Of a DNA stretch of 64,000 nucleotides, positions 14,816-28,291 are shown one piece after another. Position 1 is the stretch's first letter. Each line of letters begins with the position of its first letter. The stretch is from the human T2T-CHM13v2.0 reference genome, Homo sapiens: NCBI RefSeq assembly GCF_009914755.1, contig NC_060942.1, one strand, 5' to 3'. The translations under genes and the position numbers were made by a program. Under the pieces are notes generated by a model. That model saw only the letters and a list, made by a program, of their open reading frames with translations. It did no database searches and was not told where the DNA came from.

Positions 14816-15680
14816 GTTACATACAAAGAATCACAACACGAAGCCATCTGGACTTGCTAAATTTGGTACAGAATACTCTGACCTCAGAGGTCTTTTGTAG
14901 GGGAATCAGGGAAGATATCATGAGGGCAGCAACCTTTTACTGTCTTTCTGGGCTTCTTAGGCAACTACATGCCATCCATTCAAGCTGAATTCCCCTTGAT
15001 CCCCTGCCTCTTCTTGCATGATCTTCTCACACGGTCTGTGCAGACCTCTCATGTGGGTCTCCCAACTGTTGACAATGTCCAGGACCACTGCAATAAAGGA
15101 CTCTCTTCCACACACAAAAGAGTGACTAATGGAGAAGGCAATTTATAAGAAAATTTGGTGTTTCCTAATATGCCAGCATCATGAGAGAACATGGTAGCTT
15201 TATCAAGATTGGGCTGAGTTTTAGGAAAAGATGATCACTTGGGTGATCTTGGGATGATCTCACCTATGAAGACAAGCATGGGCACTGGGCCACCCTTGCT
15301 CTTCTTCAGAGATGCTCTTATCTCAGTGTTCTTTGCATCTCCTGTTTACTCATTGATTAATCCAGGAGATGATTCGCAGATGACTGCAGTGGGAGATCCA
15401 AGGGCTCGGCCAAGGCCCCTCGTCGTAAGGAACTTGGCAGTGGCTTAGCATAGGAGCCATCTAAGTAAAAGTGGATAGACACAAAAACACTTTATTTGTT
15501 AGGCATGGAATGAAAATCCTGAAATCATTCTTTTTTTTCCCCCCTCAATTTTGTTTGCATCAGCATTATGTTTCTAAAGATGGTTGATAAATTTTAAGTA
15601 GTTCAATCCTGTATCATTTATTTCAAAGATAGTTATTCTTTGCTTAGTCACTCAAGATGTTTGCTTTTTCATAATTCAGC

Positions 15681-15955
15681 TTTTTTTTTTTCTTTTGAGA
15701 CTGAATCTTGCTCTGTTGCCCCAACTGGAGTGCAGTGGCACAATCTTTGCTCACTGCAACCTCCGCCTCCTGCGTTCCAGCGATTCTCCTGCCTCAGCCT
15801 CACCACCATGTCTGGCTAATTTTTATATTTATTTTATTAGAAATGGAGTTTCACCATGTTGGCCAGGCTGGTCTCAAACTCCTGACCTCAGGTAATCCAC
15901 CTGCCTCAGCCTCCCGAAGTGCTGAGATTACAGATGTGAGCCACCATGCCTGGCC
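15681..15955 (-). mobile_element. AluS with a ~30-bp internal deletion in the right arm
   Basis: gcctcagcct|caccaccatg lacks ccgagtagctgggattacagg...; TSD CATAATTCAGCTTT at 15670 and 15956. Confidence 0.9.
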
Positions 15956-18744
15956 CATAATTCAGCTTTCTAAAAAATAGAATCAGCTTAATATATAGTG
16001 TTTCATGGGAATTTCATAAAACATGAAATGTGATACTTGAATCAAATACTCATTCTTGTGTAAGCAAACAGCAGCACAAAAGTATCTAGGCATTATCAGG
16101 CTTGAAAGTAAAGGAGATATGTAACGTGGTGACTTCGTTTCTGAAATCATGTGGATTACAGATTCCCTCTATATCAGTCGAAGTCCTCACGTGAAAGGTG
16201 CTTGGAACCAAGAATAGCTGAACCTTTTGTAAATTACAGTTGAGATGTTAACCTTCTAGATGTATGAAGAAGAACAGTCAGTTTTCCCACCTTCTTGGAC
16301 AAGCAGATATTCCCTGGAAGCTGCATCTGGAGGCTGTGGACCGGGGAACACTGGCCGGCTGGCTGTTCTTCTGATTCCTGGTGGAGGGGCCCTGGGAGGC
16401 TCATCCATCAGGAGCCCCTCTGACTACCTTCTCTGGAGCTGTGCCTGGTCAACTCGTGGGCAATGCTGTTGTAGTACTGCTCTTTAAAGCCGAGGGAGAG
16501 AAGCACATCATCATCTGAATCATCTGGTCTAAATTTGATTTTCTGACTAATCATGCAATGAGAAGAAGCATAATTTCTCTTAAGAAGGGATTTAATTAAA
16601 AAGCACCCTAAGTGCTTTGTGAGTGCTCTCCAATCTGCCGTATCATGAGAGATAGTAGCAGTGCATCCTGTCATCTAGCTGAATGGGCTCCTCGAATAAC
16701 AAAACTGATTCTTCTCTCTTCACTTTTTGTCTTTGCGGTTGTATGACCGGGCAGCAAGACACTGCAGGGAGAAACGGTTTTGTATCGTTTCTTCTCCATG
16801 TGGGTGACAGCAGGTGTGGTGGGCACATAGGGCCACTGTTATCTGACAGCTTCTGGGTCTGAGACCCTGGGGTGCAATGGCTTCTCCTGAAAGTTGCCAT
16901 GCTGAGCACCTTTGAGCTGCAGCATGTAGGCTGGCCATGGGGAGGTTCGTGAACCTGGCACATGGCAATGGAATTGACAAGATATACCACCAGTGTGGTA
17001 GAATACCCTCTATTCTGGATCTATATTTGGGTGGATTTATATTTGAGTGACATGGAATTGTCTGAATTTGCCATGCACTTGATCTCTGTGTATGTTGAGC
17101 CCTCCACCATCTCAGCTCACTGCAGGACTTTACCCTTTGTCCTACCCTTTCCATGACTCATCTCCTGGGCAGTCCTTCGTAAATACCCTCTCTGCATGTG
17201 ACCTTCCCTCACAGAGTATCCATAACCATTTGCCCCTTGCCCTTCCCCCTGACTAGGTGGTGTTCTCCCTGAGGACCACACACTTACTTGCACCTGGATC
17301 CTCTGTTTCCTGCACAAGCAGGCACCTCTTACAGTGCCTGGTGCATGGCAGGCCCTTCAATAAAGGAATCAGCTGGGGATGGTTGTCCTGAAGGTGTAGG
17401 GGGAGAACAAACCTGTAGCACTAGGATAAGACAGAGAAGTCTTAGAATCAAAAGCTAGAAGGAAAGCCCCACAAGATAAGATCTTGAGCATAGCCAGAGG
17501 CTGTCTGTGCATGTGTGGATGATTAGATGGAACTTTGACATTCTTAGCTTGTCCCATCAAGGCTGCCATACTGTAAAACGGGACCTGAAATAGTTGGCCT
17601 GGCTCTGGGCATTTGGAATAGTTTGCTGGGAGCAGTGCTGATCAGAGAGCCCTGTGTTTCTCAGAAATAAAGCCTGTCTTTCTATGGCTCACCTTCTTTT
17701 TCCTATGTAAAGGGCACCATGCTGAGAGATCCGAAGGGCAATTTCATGATGTCCTTGTCCCTCGCTTCAAGGTGACAACCTGGATACATCTGAGCTGGTG
17801 TCCTGTGTCTCCTTATGGCTTTCCCTTTTGGCATCAGATAATGTAGTAAGTTCACCCCTGTGGCCCTCTGGATACTGGGCAATTTCATCTGCTTAAGGTT
17901 TACACAACGCCAGCGCCACACGCACAGCAAAATGCCACTGGCTTTGTTAATTAATCTTCTTATGGCATTAAAAGAAGAACATGGTTGTTAGATCATGCCT
18001 TGAAGATTTTGAGTGCTGAACGACGTTCGTTGTACAGCTCTGCCCTTTTAGAAAACGGGACCACTGCACACCACCTCACCTGTTCTCACACGGGCTTCTG
18101 TGCTGATAGTCCGTGCCACATCACTGTCCATCTCATTTCTCGCACACTCACTGCCCTGGGGGTGGGTTGGCATTAGCTGGACAGAATGTCACACAACACA
18201 GGTAGCTGCTCATGCTCTTGGGAGAGGATTCTGACCCCAAGCAGATATCACTATCATTTGCTACAAAGAGGGTTTCTGGAGGGCAGATGGCAGCATTTTC
18301 CCTTGGAGTTGTATAAATAGATGTAGCTGTTGGTGATGCATGTACTGGTTGTGGATATTGCCTCTGCAGATGTAGCTAAACGCCATCTTGTTTAACTTGA
18401 ATATGCTTTTGATGGGGCATTCTTGTGGTGGTTCAGGAAATATGGCAGCGTTCAGGGACAGATGGGTGTAATTGCAAATTCCTTATCAGACTGATAGGGT
18501 TTGATGGTGATTTTGTCTGATGCTCTTCGTTTAGCTGCTGCTCGTGTTATACAGCAAGGCAGTGGCCAAGTCTCTTTCCAGTTTCTAGGTTAAGATTTGG
18601 GAACAGTCTCCTTGAGTAACTTCATATTTCCACAGAAGAGAGGCTTCATTGAATAAGTGCATCTTGCTGTCTGATTTTTTTCTTTAATATGAAAACCTAA
18701 ATGGGCATAGGTTTCTAGGGATTTTTTTTTATATATATGTTTTA

Positions 18745-19124
<380 letters not shown>

Positions 19125-19739
19125 TCAGATCTCTGACAAGGTTCCCTGCCGGGCTTGGTAGCGACAGGCTCTGTGAGGGTTCCAGGAACACTGCTCAATG
19201 TTGAAAACCTTGCTTGAGAGGGACCAGCCTTCCAAGGTAGGGGGTTTGGTCATGGGGGGTGGGAACACATGAATCAGGCTTATGAACATGGGATACATTT
19301 ACATTCGAGGTGGAAGACTATGTATACTCTCATCTGTTAATGACTTCCCTTATCAGTCGTGTTTGTAATGAAAATCATTTTGAAACATATCAGACTTAGA
19401 AAACGGTATAAAGAGTAATAAAGTGAATCCTTGTGCACCCACCACTCAGCTTAAAATAAGAAGCATGACCAGTACGTGATTTGGCCTTTCCTGACCACTG
19501 CTTAAACAATTAATAGCACCTTCTCCCCACCTGGCTTCTCCTTGCCTGATGCTTCTCTGTAGGGCTCAACATAGTCTGTCAGGCTATGTGTGTTACTTAA
19601 TGGTGGTTTCTTTTCTCTCTACCCCCACTAGGGCAGGGGCATCATCTATTAAATTGAGTGTCCCTGCTGCCTAGAACAACACCTTGGCACAGAGGACTTG
19701 TGTTTGTGAGTGATTGTTGAGAGAATGAGTGAGTGTAAT

Positions 19740-20000
19740 GATGTGAGATCCATCCATGCTGGTATCATGGCTCTCGCCTGTCCATTTTCACTGCTGGGTA
19801 GTATTCCGTTGTATGGATGTACTGCAATTATTTATTAGTTCTCTGGTTGGTCCACATTTAGGTAATATCCAGGTTTTTTGAGTTGCAGACAATGCCAGCA
19901 TGCACATTCTTGTTGTATTTCCTTGTGCATCCATGTGAATTTCTCTAGGATTTACCTAGGGGTAGAATTGCTGGTCAAGGGGTTATTCATAATGTTCTCA
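19740..20000 (-). mobile_element. Old L1ME-like fragment
   Basis: gagatccatccatg...ttcactgctgggtagtattccgttgtatggatg...tttctctaggatttacctagg...gaattgctgg, typical of antisense L1M 3' sequence. Confidence 0.55.
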
Positions 20001-23000
20001 TAACATACTGTGTATTTTCCAGCCCGGGTCAGAACTGCTACTTCTGAACACAGGAGTCTTGCATTCATCCTGGGTTGCTTCTTAGTAGCTGGGGCTTTTG
20101 TTCTTAGTCTTGTTCTCCCTGAGGCCCCTGCGGTGAGTGACTGTGTGACTGAGATGACTGGAGACTTTGGGCTGGGAAAAGACTTTTCCTTGGCCTATTT
20201 CCACTGGTCCCCAAGGGTCTTGCCTCTGTGACCATGGTTGAATTAGTTCAGTGTCCAATGGCTGGCCTGGCTGGACACAGGATGTTAGAGCCAGAAGGTG
20301 CCTTAGAGGCCTCCTACTCTAACCTCATTTTGCACATAGGGAAATTGAGGTCTAGAGGGCTCTGGTGACTTGCTGGTGGTTTTGTGGCTGGACAGTGATC
20401 GAGCTGTAGATGTAACCCAGCCAGAGTGCTTTCTGCATCATGAACAGAAGGAAGACCCATCTGTGAAGGATGCAAGCAGTCGCTGTCTCCATCTGTGCAT
20501 CACTGGGCCTGCCACATGACCATGGCCCAGTGCCTGCAACCCACCCCTGCTCCCTCCCGAGGGATGCTCTTCTTTCCCCTTTGATAACCTTGGCTTTGCA
20601 GTTTGTCCCTTTGCTTTTTCTTTCAACTGTGCCCCTTATTTCAGCCCTCACAGTCACAGCCATTCCTGTCCAAAACACTCTAGTGGTTGAGACCCTTCCC
20701 CGATCCTGAGCTGCCCCTCCATGTTCTGCCTGCTGGCCCCATCTTGCCTCCCTTCCTAAATCACAGAAAAGCTCAACTGGGCTCATCTGGAGGGACAGAA
20801 TGCCTCTGGGATGCATTTGCAGTACCTAAGATTACATGGACTCACTGATTTCAAAGGAGTCTGTTTGATACGAACAAACATTGCTTTAATGCCATATGGA
20901 TACAGCAGAAGTCACAGGAACAGCTTATAGACTGAATAAGTCTGAAAAACTGTCTCCAAAGTGGAACTCTCTGGGACTGGCTCTTCCTCCAGCTCCTGTC
21001 CCACGTCTTCCGCTGTCTACAGCCTGCGGTCCTCTCGGAGGCAGGATGCTTGACACCAGAGCAGTTTGCCCACAGGCAGGCTGGCTCCTGCCTGGGCTAT
21101 TCCTGTGCGTGTCACAGTCTCCCCAACTCTCTCCTGCCCTGCCCAGCCCAGCACCTCTGCATTCCCTTTATCCTTTTGCCGAGTCTTGTACTTTCTTTTG
21201 AAATATCTTTCATTTCCATTTCTTTCCCTCTGCTCTCCTGCCTGCCCTCAGCCTCACTGCTGGCCTGCTTCTGTTCTCTGCACAGCTGCCTCTGGAGAAA
21301 ATCTCCCTGCGGCGTGGCTTTCATGCAGCCATTGGAGGAAAACCCTAAGTTCCTCCCAGGCCTCAAGTTGTACCTCTTAATGTTTATTCTCCATAACCGT
21401 AATTTGGAACATCAGCAAGGCTCTGTGATTTCTAGACTTGGAGTACACCAAGAAAGTATGGAGTATCTCTTTCTCAGTGAGTGTTCGGGGAACACAGGGC
21501 AGTGATTGCCACAATCCAGTCTTTAGTCTTGGTCTGTGTGTTTAGGAAACTCCAGGACCCATACGCTCCTCTTCCCTGGCCACTTCCCTCAAGTCTCACC
21601 CTCCCTGGAAGAGAGAAGGAAGAAAAGGGACATCCATAGTGGCTTCTGTGGCACCTGGGGGACAGGGGACCAGTGGAGGTGTCTTTGGGCTGTCATGCCC
21701 ATAGGAAGAGCTGCTGTGGCTACTGGTACTTGTGCTCAGCCTGGCAGAGGGCGCTTCTGGTTTCCTTCCCCATCAGAAATATTTCTGAGTCTCCTGTCTA
21801 CTCTACTCTTGGCAGGAGAATGGAAACCGAAGCTCTTCCAAGAACCCTCATGAGTCATCTCAGATCCTTCCCAACCCTCTTTGTGTGAAGAATCAGTAGT
21901 TACCACGTGTTGTTCCACAAATCCTGGGTTCCCTCGGAGACCCACCGGGTCCCACCCACACCTGGAAGCAGAGAAATCACCCTCTAACCTCAACCGCAGA
22001 ACATCCAGTTTTACCTGTTTGAGATTTTGAGATTGCATGGAGAGTTCTTTTGGAAAAGGTTCCATTAAAACGTTTAAAGGCAAGAAACCATTGTTAGAGG
22101 AGGTGAAATAGTGTCTCGTTGTGTCATTCAAGGCCCTTCCTAACGTGGTCTCTACCATGTCCATGTTTGATTGACTTGCTGTCCCCAGCGTGATGCCCCA
22201 TTGGGTGGCCTGCCTGCCTGGGCTTCCCACAGTGGGAGGGGCTTCGTAAGGATCCAGGTGAAGCTGAGCCACTTGGCCCTCTGCACGATATTATGCTTCC
22301 TCGAGGCCACAGACATGGTGGGTCTACTGGAGCTTCAACATATGAAGGACCTTAGAACTTGAGCTGGGCTGTTTATAGAAGATAGGCAGCCAGATGTTAG
22401 TGCTTGGAACTCAAAATTCTCAGAGGCACAGTTTCCTCATCTGCAAACCAGGCATGATGAAAGTATCCTCCTGATAGTTTGGTGTAGTGTTAAATAGATG
22501 AGCATGTGCGACGCATTTGGATGCATCGCGGCTTGTAGTGAGGGCTGTGGCAGTGTCTGCCCTACTACTAACACAGCTAGAAGGGACAGGGCTGGGACAG
22601 AGAAGGTTGTGCTGGCCAGGTCCTAGAGGCCTTCCTCTGCTATGTCCTGAGCGTGTGCTCTTCAAGGGGCATGCTGCTGAAGCAGCCCTTCTCCAAAAGT
22701 GCTTGTCCTCAAAGTGGATGGTGAGTTGTGGTGCTGTAGGTGGCATGGAATGGACTCAGAGGGGCCGGCTGCTGTTATATGCCCAGCTGCTCTTGAAAAG
22801 GTCTGAGGGCCTTTTTAATGGTCTCCCGATGAGCTTCGTAAGGATCAATGACTTTGATAACTGGGCAGGTGGGTGGAACTGCGGAATCTGGAGGCCTTCT
22901 GGGAAGACGACTTATGTCTTAGTTATTGGGGAAACCATGGCACAGCCTGCCCTGACCTCCAAGACCTGCTGACACATCAGGAGGTAAGAAAACCTGATGA

Positions 23001-23687
23001 AAGAGGCTCCCCGAGGTATGTTTGTAATTGTTTGAGGACAGGAGTAGGGAAGGAGAAAATGGAATAGTGGAATATGATGTCTAAAATGCCTTTGTGTTTT
23101 TGAGAAATATCTTCCCCATTAGAGTTAAGAATCAGAGTGTGCCAGGATTGCAGGGCAGTGTGAAGGCCATCTGGACTAACTTCCCATCCATGGCTCCTTC
23201 TCTCCCACACAAGTGGACCTCCTGCCTCCAATGATAAGAAGCTCACCGCCCTTAGAGTGGTGATGACCCATCCTGTTTGTGGACACTTCTGACCCACAAA
23301 AGTCCTTCCTTCCCAGAGTCCACATCATCCTAACTTCCTCTTCTTGGCCCTGAATGTGGGACGTGCAGCCAACTCTAATTCCTATTGCAGTGAAAGCCCT
23401 TCAGGTGCCTGAAAAAACTGATCACAGCCCTGCTGCTGCTTCTCCTATGTGGTTTAGGGGAGCATAAAACCACAGCTAAGTCAGGGGTGTGGTTTCCTTG
23501 CCTGCCTCTGGGTAACGCTGTGCTGTTGTTTCTAAAGAGTGAGAAAAGAAGACAGTGTCTCATGGCCAGCTGTGGTTGGGACAGGGTGAGTCTGAGAGGA
23601 TGGGCTGATGAGGAGCAAGGGCTGTTCCTGCAGCTGGTCCTGAGAGGAACTGGTCCCCAACAAGGCTGACTGGCAGAGGTGGGACTA

Positions 23688-23848
23688 TTTTCTTTTATTT
23701 TATTTATTTATTTTTTATTATTTTATTATTTTATTTTATTTTATTTTATTGTTTGAGATAGGGTCGCACTCTGTCGCCCAGGCTGGAGTGCAGTGTTGCG
23801 ATCTCAGCTCACTGCAACTTCCACCTCCCGGGCTCAAGCAATCCTCCC
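23688..23848 (-). mobile_element. 5'-truncated Alu (partial right arm) with a (TTTA/TTA)n tail
   Basis: gagatagggtcgcactctgtcgcccaggctgg...caagcaatcctccc; possible degenerate TSD aggtggga on both sides. Confidence 0.85.
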
Positions 23849-25043
23849 AGAAGGTGGGATTTTATAAGGGTAGCTCGTTAAGCCCAGCATCTGCCTATGT
23901 AATTGCCTTCAGTTATTATTGTTGATCAGTACATTCAAAAGATGTAGAGGACTGAATCTGTTCTGCTTAGCTTGCCTTTCCCCTGTTTTACAAAGTGCTG
24001 CTGAACCAGGTGGCTCTGGAGGCACACTCCAGCAAAAGAGAAGCTTGTTTTCCTGGTGCTAACTTGCAAACTCCAGGTCTGGCTTTTACTCGGCTCTATA
24101 AATTTGCTGTGCTTAGAAGGCCATTCAAAACACTCAGGAACATCTGCCTAAGTTTACCCCACCATGGGGGCAGAGGCCCTACTGGGCCAGTCTGGGCCAC
24201 TTTGATGTCTTTATAATGTTTTTCTTCTTCTTCTGTTTCTTGTTTTACTAACTTGTCCCGTTTGTTCCTTCAAACTCCATGCCACCCCATCCCAGGAAAT
24301 ACACATTTTCAGATTTAAAAATATTGCTGTTATCAACAAAAAAAGTAGCACTACCAAAACAGTGCTCCCTGAAGCATTGGGCTGTGAGCTTATATGCAAG
24401 GCTCCATGGCTTGGTCAGTTGCTTAGGTGAAATATATAGTTTTCACTCTCTAAGAGTGAAAATAGCATGCTCTAGACTGACAGTGTCATCCCAGATTGGA
24501 AGATCCAGAATGAGTCCTTAGACTGAGGTTCTTCACCCTGTCTGCCCCTGGAGCTGCAAGCCCATGCTGGTATCCCAAGGGCTGGGCAAAGCTTCCATCC
24601 CTTTCCCTGGTTCCTAGCGCTTCCCCTAACAGTCACTTCCTAGTTTCTTATGCGAGAAGTAAAGGGTGAAGCTCAGGTCTGAAGACTGGAAGGTCATCAG
24701 TAGTAAAAAGCTGGGCCACTGAGGGAAGCATTCAGCAGGAATCCTTTAATCAGGTCCAGTGTTAATTGATTTGCCTGAAGCCAGAAGCACTTTGGAGAGG
24801 AAGACCCATCCAACAGCAGAAAATCTGACTTGGAGTATACTTTAAAATAAATGTGTTATAGTTACCATGTAGGCACATTGAGTGCTGGCTTAGTTGTGCT
24901 TTAATGAACAATAATTAAATTACTTAAAATATTAAAATTAATATTTTATGTGATTGTTGTAACAGTATTTAATACTACTAAATATTTGTATTTAATAATT
25001 CAATAAATTTTTTTGCCAGTTTATTTATATTATTAACTTATGT

Positions 25044-25427
25044 TGGAGGTTAGCAAACTTTTCCTGTAGAGAGCCAAAAGGTGAATATTTTAGGCATTTT
25101 GGTCCAAGAGGCAAAACTGAGATTATTGAGTAGGTACTTCTATGATAAGAGAGAAAGAAAATTTGCAGATTTTTTAATTGACTAAATTCAAACTACAATA
25201 GTAATAATTGAGTACAATGTTTTTATAACTCAGATTTACCAATGATATAAATGAAATTTTGGTGGGAGAAAATAACATTTCACTTAATTGGGGTCCAAAG
25301 TTAGTGTTTTCTGTCATCAAATTGATTATAAATGTTTATCTGTAAAAACCCATTCTTAGCTCTCTGGCTGTGCAAAAACAAGTTATGAATCAGATTTGGC
25401 TTATGGGCTGTGGTTTACCAACCCTTG
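25044..25427. mobile_element. MER58-family hAT-Charlie element
   Basis: Ends ggaggttagcaaacttttcctgtagagagcc and cagatttggcttatgggctgtggtttaccaacccttg. Confidence 0.7.
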
Positions 25428-26809
25428 ATTATGTTATACAAATTATACAAATGATTTGTTTAGAAAATTCATCCCTCCTCCCCATGGATGGGGCCAAGGT
25501 AACTGTCTGGTCTTATACAAATACAATTTCATCTCAATTTCACAGTCTCTTAGTATTTAGAACTTTGTGACACTTTGATTTTAAACCATTGCTCTGTGTA
25601 TTTGAGTAATTTTATAAATAAGTCTTGGTGACTTCCTGTCATTAACAAAAATGGATTTAAGAAGTCAGCGCCCGCTGTGCCCATTTAGGAATCCTGTAGT
25701 TGGCTGTAGACAGGGGTCACATCGCTGTACTCTTTCTGCTCTGCACACAGCTCCCCTCTGCAGGTTTTCTGCATCTGAGCTCTGTGCTGGCTCTGCACAT
25801 GTGCACATGCCCTTCCTTGCTGCTGCAGCCACCTGCCAGAGAAGCTACCCTGAGCACAGAGGCTCCCCACCGAGGCAGAGTGGGCCTGAACAGCATCTGG
25901 TTAGGATCAAAGGAGGGAGGAGAGTAGGGAAGGGCTTGTTCCCACACTCCTGTCTGCTTTTTTTGCTGCATGGAGGCTTCCCATGGGGTGGCAGGCAGTG
26001 GCTGCATCACACCCAGCCAGTCGGGACACACTAATTCTGCTAGCATTCCTTGCCCCAATACAAATGCCCAAAGAATATTCCTTTTTTCCCCTTACTTCAG
26101 CTGAAATACTATAATTTTTCAAAAGGAAACTTCTCTAGAAATGACAAGAAGGAAAGAAAAACAAAGGTAGAGAAAAATAAACTTATAGAATCAGTAGAGC
26201 TTGATGCAGATGTCCTAACCTGACTGAAATCTGATGTGATCTTGGTTTCCCTTAAGTCCAAGTTCTCTCATTTTCCTTTTGTTTTAAAGCCAAAGCTTTC
26301 ACTTGCTTTGCTTGTCTGTTGCATCAGGCTTAGTGTGGATAGCTTCAGGTGTAGCTTCCAGGTAGTCAGTATGGCCTGTCTCCACTCCAAACAGGACACC
26401 AACTCCCTGACTCCCTGATAATTGTATTTTTACGCCAGGGTGAGAAGCCTATGAAGTCTTTGCAGACATCCTGTCACTCTGTTGCTGTTCGCCACATACT
26501 CCAGTTTTCCAGCTTTCTTAGCATTCCTATTTGTCACCATCATGTCAGACTGTTATTCTGGGATTTTCTACTACCATTTTTGGTCACTCCTTAATGGTTC
26601 TCCATGCTGTTCTCAGATGGGGAGCTGGGACTTTCATTCCTGTCTGGTGGTAAGGGCACCCCCCTTGCCCAGGAGCCAGTGGACACCACATGGGGAACCT
26701 GGACTTCTACTTCCACCTGGTGGTAATGGTTACCCTTTCTTCTCCTTGCTGGGTGGGTGTCAGAGAAAGCCAAGTAGGCACTGAGGGCCTTCACATCTGC
26801 TTGTTTGAA

Positions 26810-28291
26810 ATAAGGCAAAGAAAATTACCAGAAACAGAGAAGGACATTACATAATGATGAAAAGTTCTGGCCACTTAAAAAGTAAAGCAATCCTAATATG
26901 CACCAAACAACAGAGCTGCAAAATACATGAAGCAAAAACTGATAGAACTGCAGAGAGAAATAACAAATCCATGGTTATAGCATAAGACTTTAACACTCTA
27001 AACAGTTGGTAGAATAATTAGAAAGAAAATCAGTAAGGATATAGTGTAAGTCAGTAACACCATTAACCAGGATCTAATCACCATCTACAGAACACTTCCC
27101 TCAGTAGCAGAGTCACACATTCTTTTAAAGGGCCCATGGAATATATACCAAGATAGACCATATACTGGGCTGTAAAAATAAACCTCAACAAATTTAAAAT
27201 AACTAAACTCATGCAGAATGTGTTCTTCAACCACAAGAGAAACAAACTATAAATCAATACCAGAAAGATAAGAGGAAAGTCTCCAATCATTTGGAAACAA
27301 ACAAACAAAACACCCTTCTAAATAATCCATGGGTCAAACAGGAAGTCTCCAGAGGGGAAAAAATATAGAATTGAGTGAAAATACAACATATCAAAACTTA
27401 TGGGATGCAGCAAAAGCAGTGCTGAGGTGGCATTTTATAGAACTAAATGTCTATATTAGAAAATAAGTCTCAAATGAAGAAGCTCCCACCACAAGAAACT
27501 TGAAAAAGGAGAGCAAAACAAACCTAAAATAAACAGAAAAAGGGAATAATCAAGATAAGAACAGAAATCACTGACATTGAAAACAATGATGATAGAGAAA
27601 ATCAAATGAAGTTGATTGTTTGAAAAGATTAATAAAATGGATAGACCTGTAGCAAGAATCACAAAGAAAGAAAGACACAAATCATTAATGTCAGGGAATA
27701 TTTTGGGATAGGGTATATTCCTACAGATTCTGCAGTATCAAATGGTTAATGCAAGGACTCTATACATATAACTTTGACTACTTTAATGGAATGTACCAAT
27801 TGTCCCTCAGTAGGTTAATGGTTAGACTGCAGTACATCCATACTATGGAATACAACTCAGCAATGAAAAGGAATGAAATTATTGGCACATACAACTTGGA
27901 TGGATCTCCAAGGCATTATGCTATTTATAGGACATTCTTGGAGCAACAGTATTATAGAGGTGAAAAATAGGAGTTGACAGGGGTTAGTGATGGCAGTGGT
28001 GGGAGGTAGGAATGTGTGTGATTATGAAGGAATAGCATGAGAGGGTTCTTTGTGGCGATGGAATAGTTTTTTCATCTTGACTGGGGTGGTAGTTACATGA
28101 ATCTGCATGTGATAAAATGATATGGAGCTATCCATGCACATTTTACCAAAGTGAAATGCTTGGTCTTGATATAGTACTGTAGCTAAGTAAGATATAATCA
28201 CTGAGGGAAACTGGTGAAGAGTACCTGGGATCTCACCATACTACCTTTGTAATTTCCTGTATATTTATATTTCAACATAAAAAGTAAAAAA
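26810..28291 (+). mobile_element. Ancient L1M (L1MC/L1MD class): endonuclease-region ORF2 remnant joined to the 3' UTR after a large internal deletion
   Basis: A-rich ORF2-like sequence (ggacattacataatgat, caccaaacaacagagc, gacttt...) switches near 27790 to L1M 3' UTR (catccatactatggaatacaactcagcaatgaaaaggaatgaa) and ends ataaaaagtaaaaaa. Confidence 0.75.

Noticed and set aside
20352-23297. Cluster of 100-178 aa ORFs on both strands
   Set aside because: No recognisable domains and no convincing splice structure. Overlapping frames like these are expected in moderately GC-rich intron.
27921-27930. Perfect MEF2 motif CTATTTATAG
   Set aside because: An isolated match inside an AT-rich L1M 3' UTR with no supporting motif cluster.
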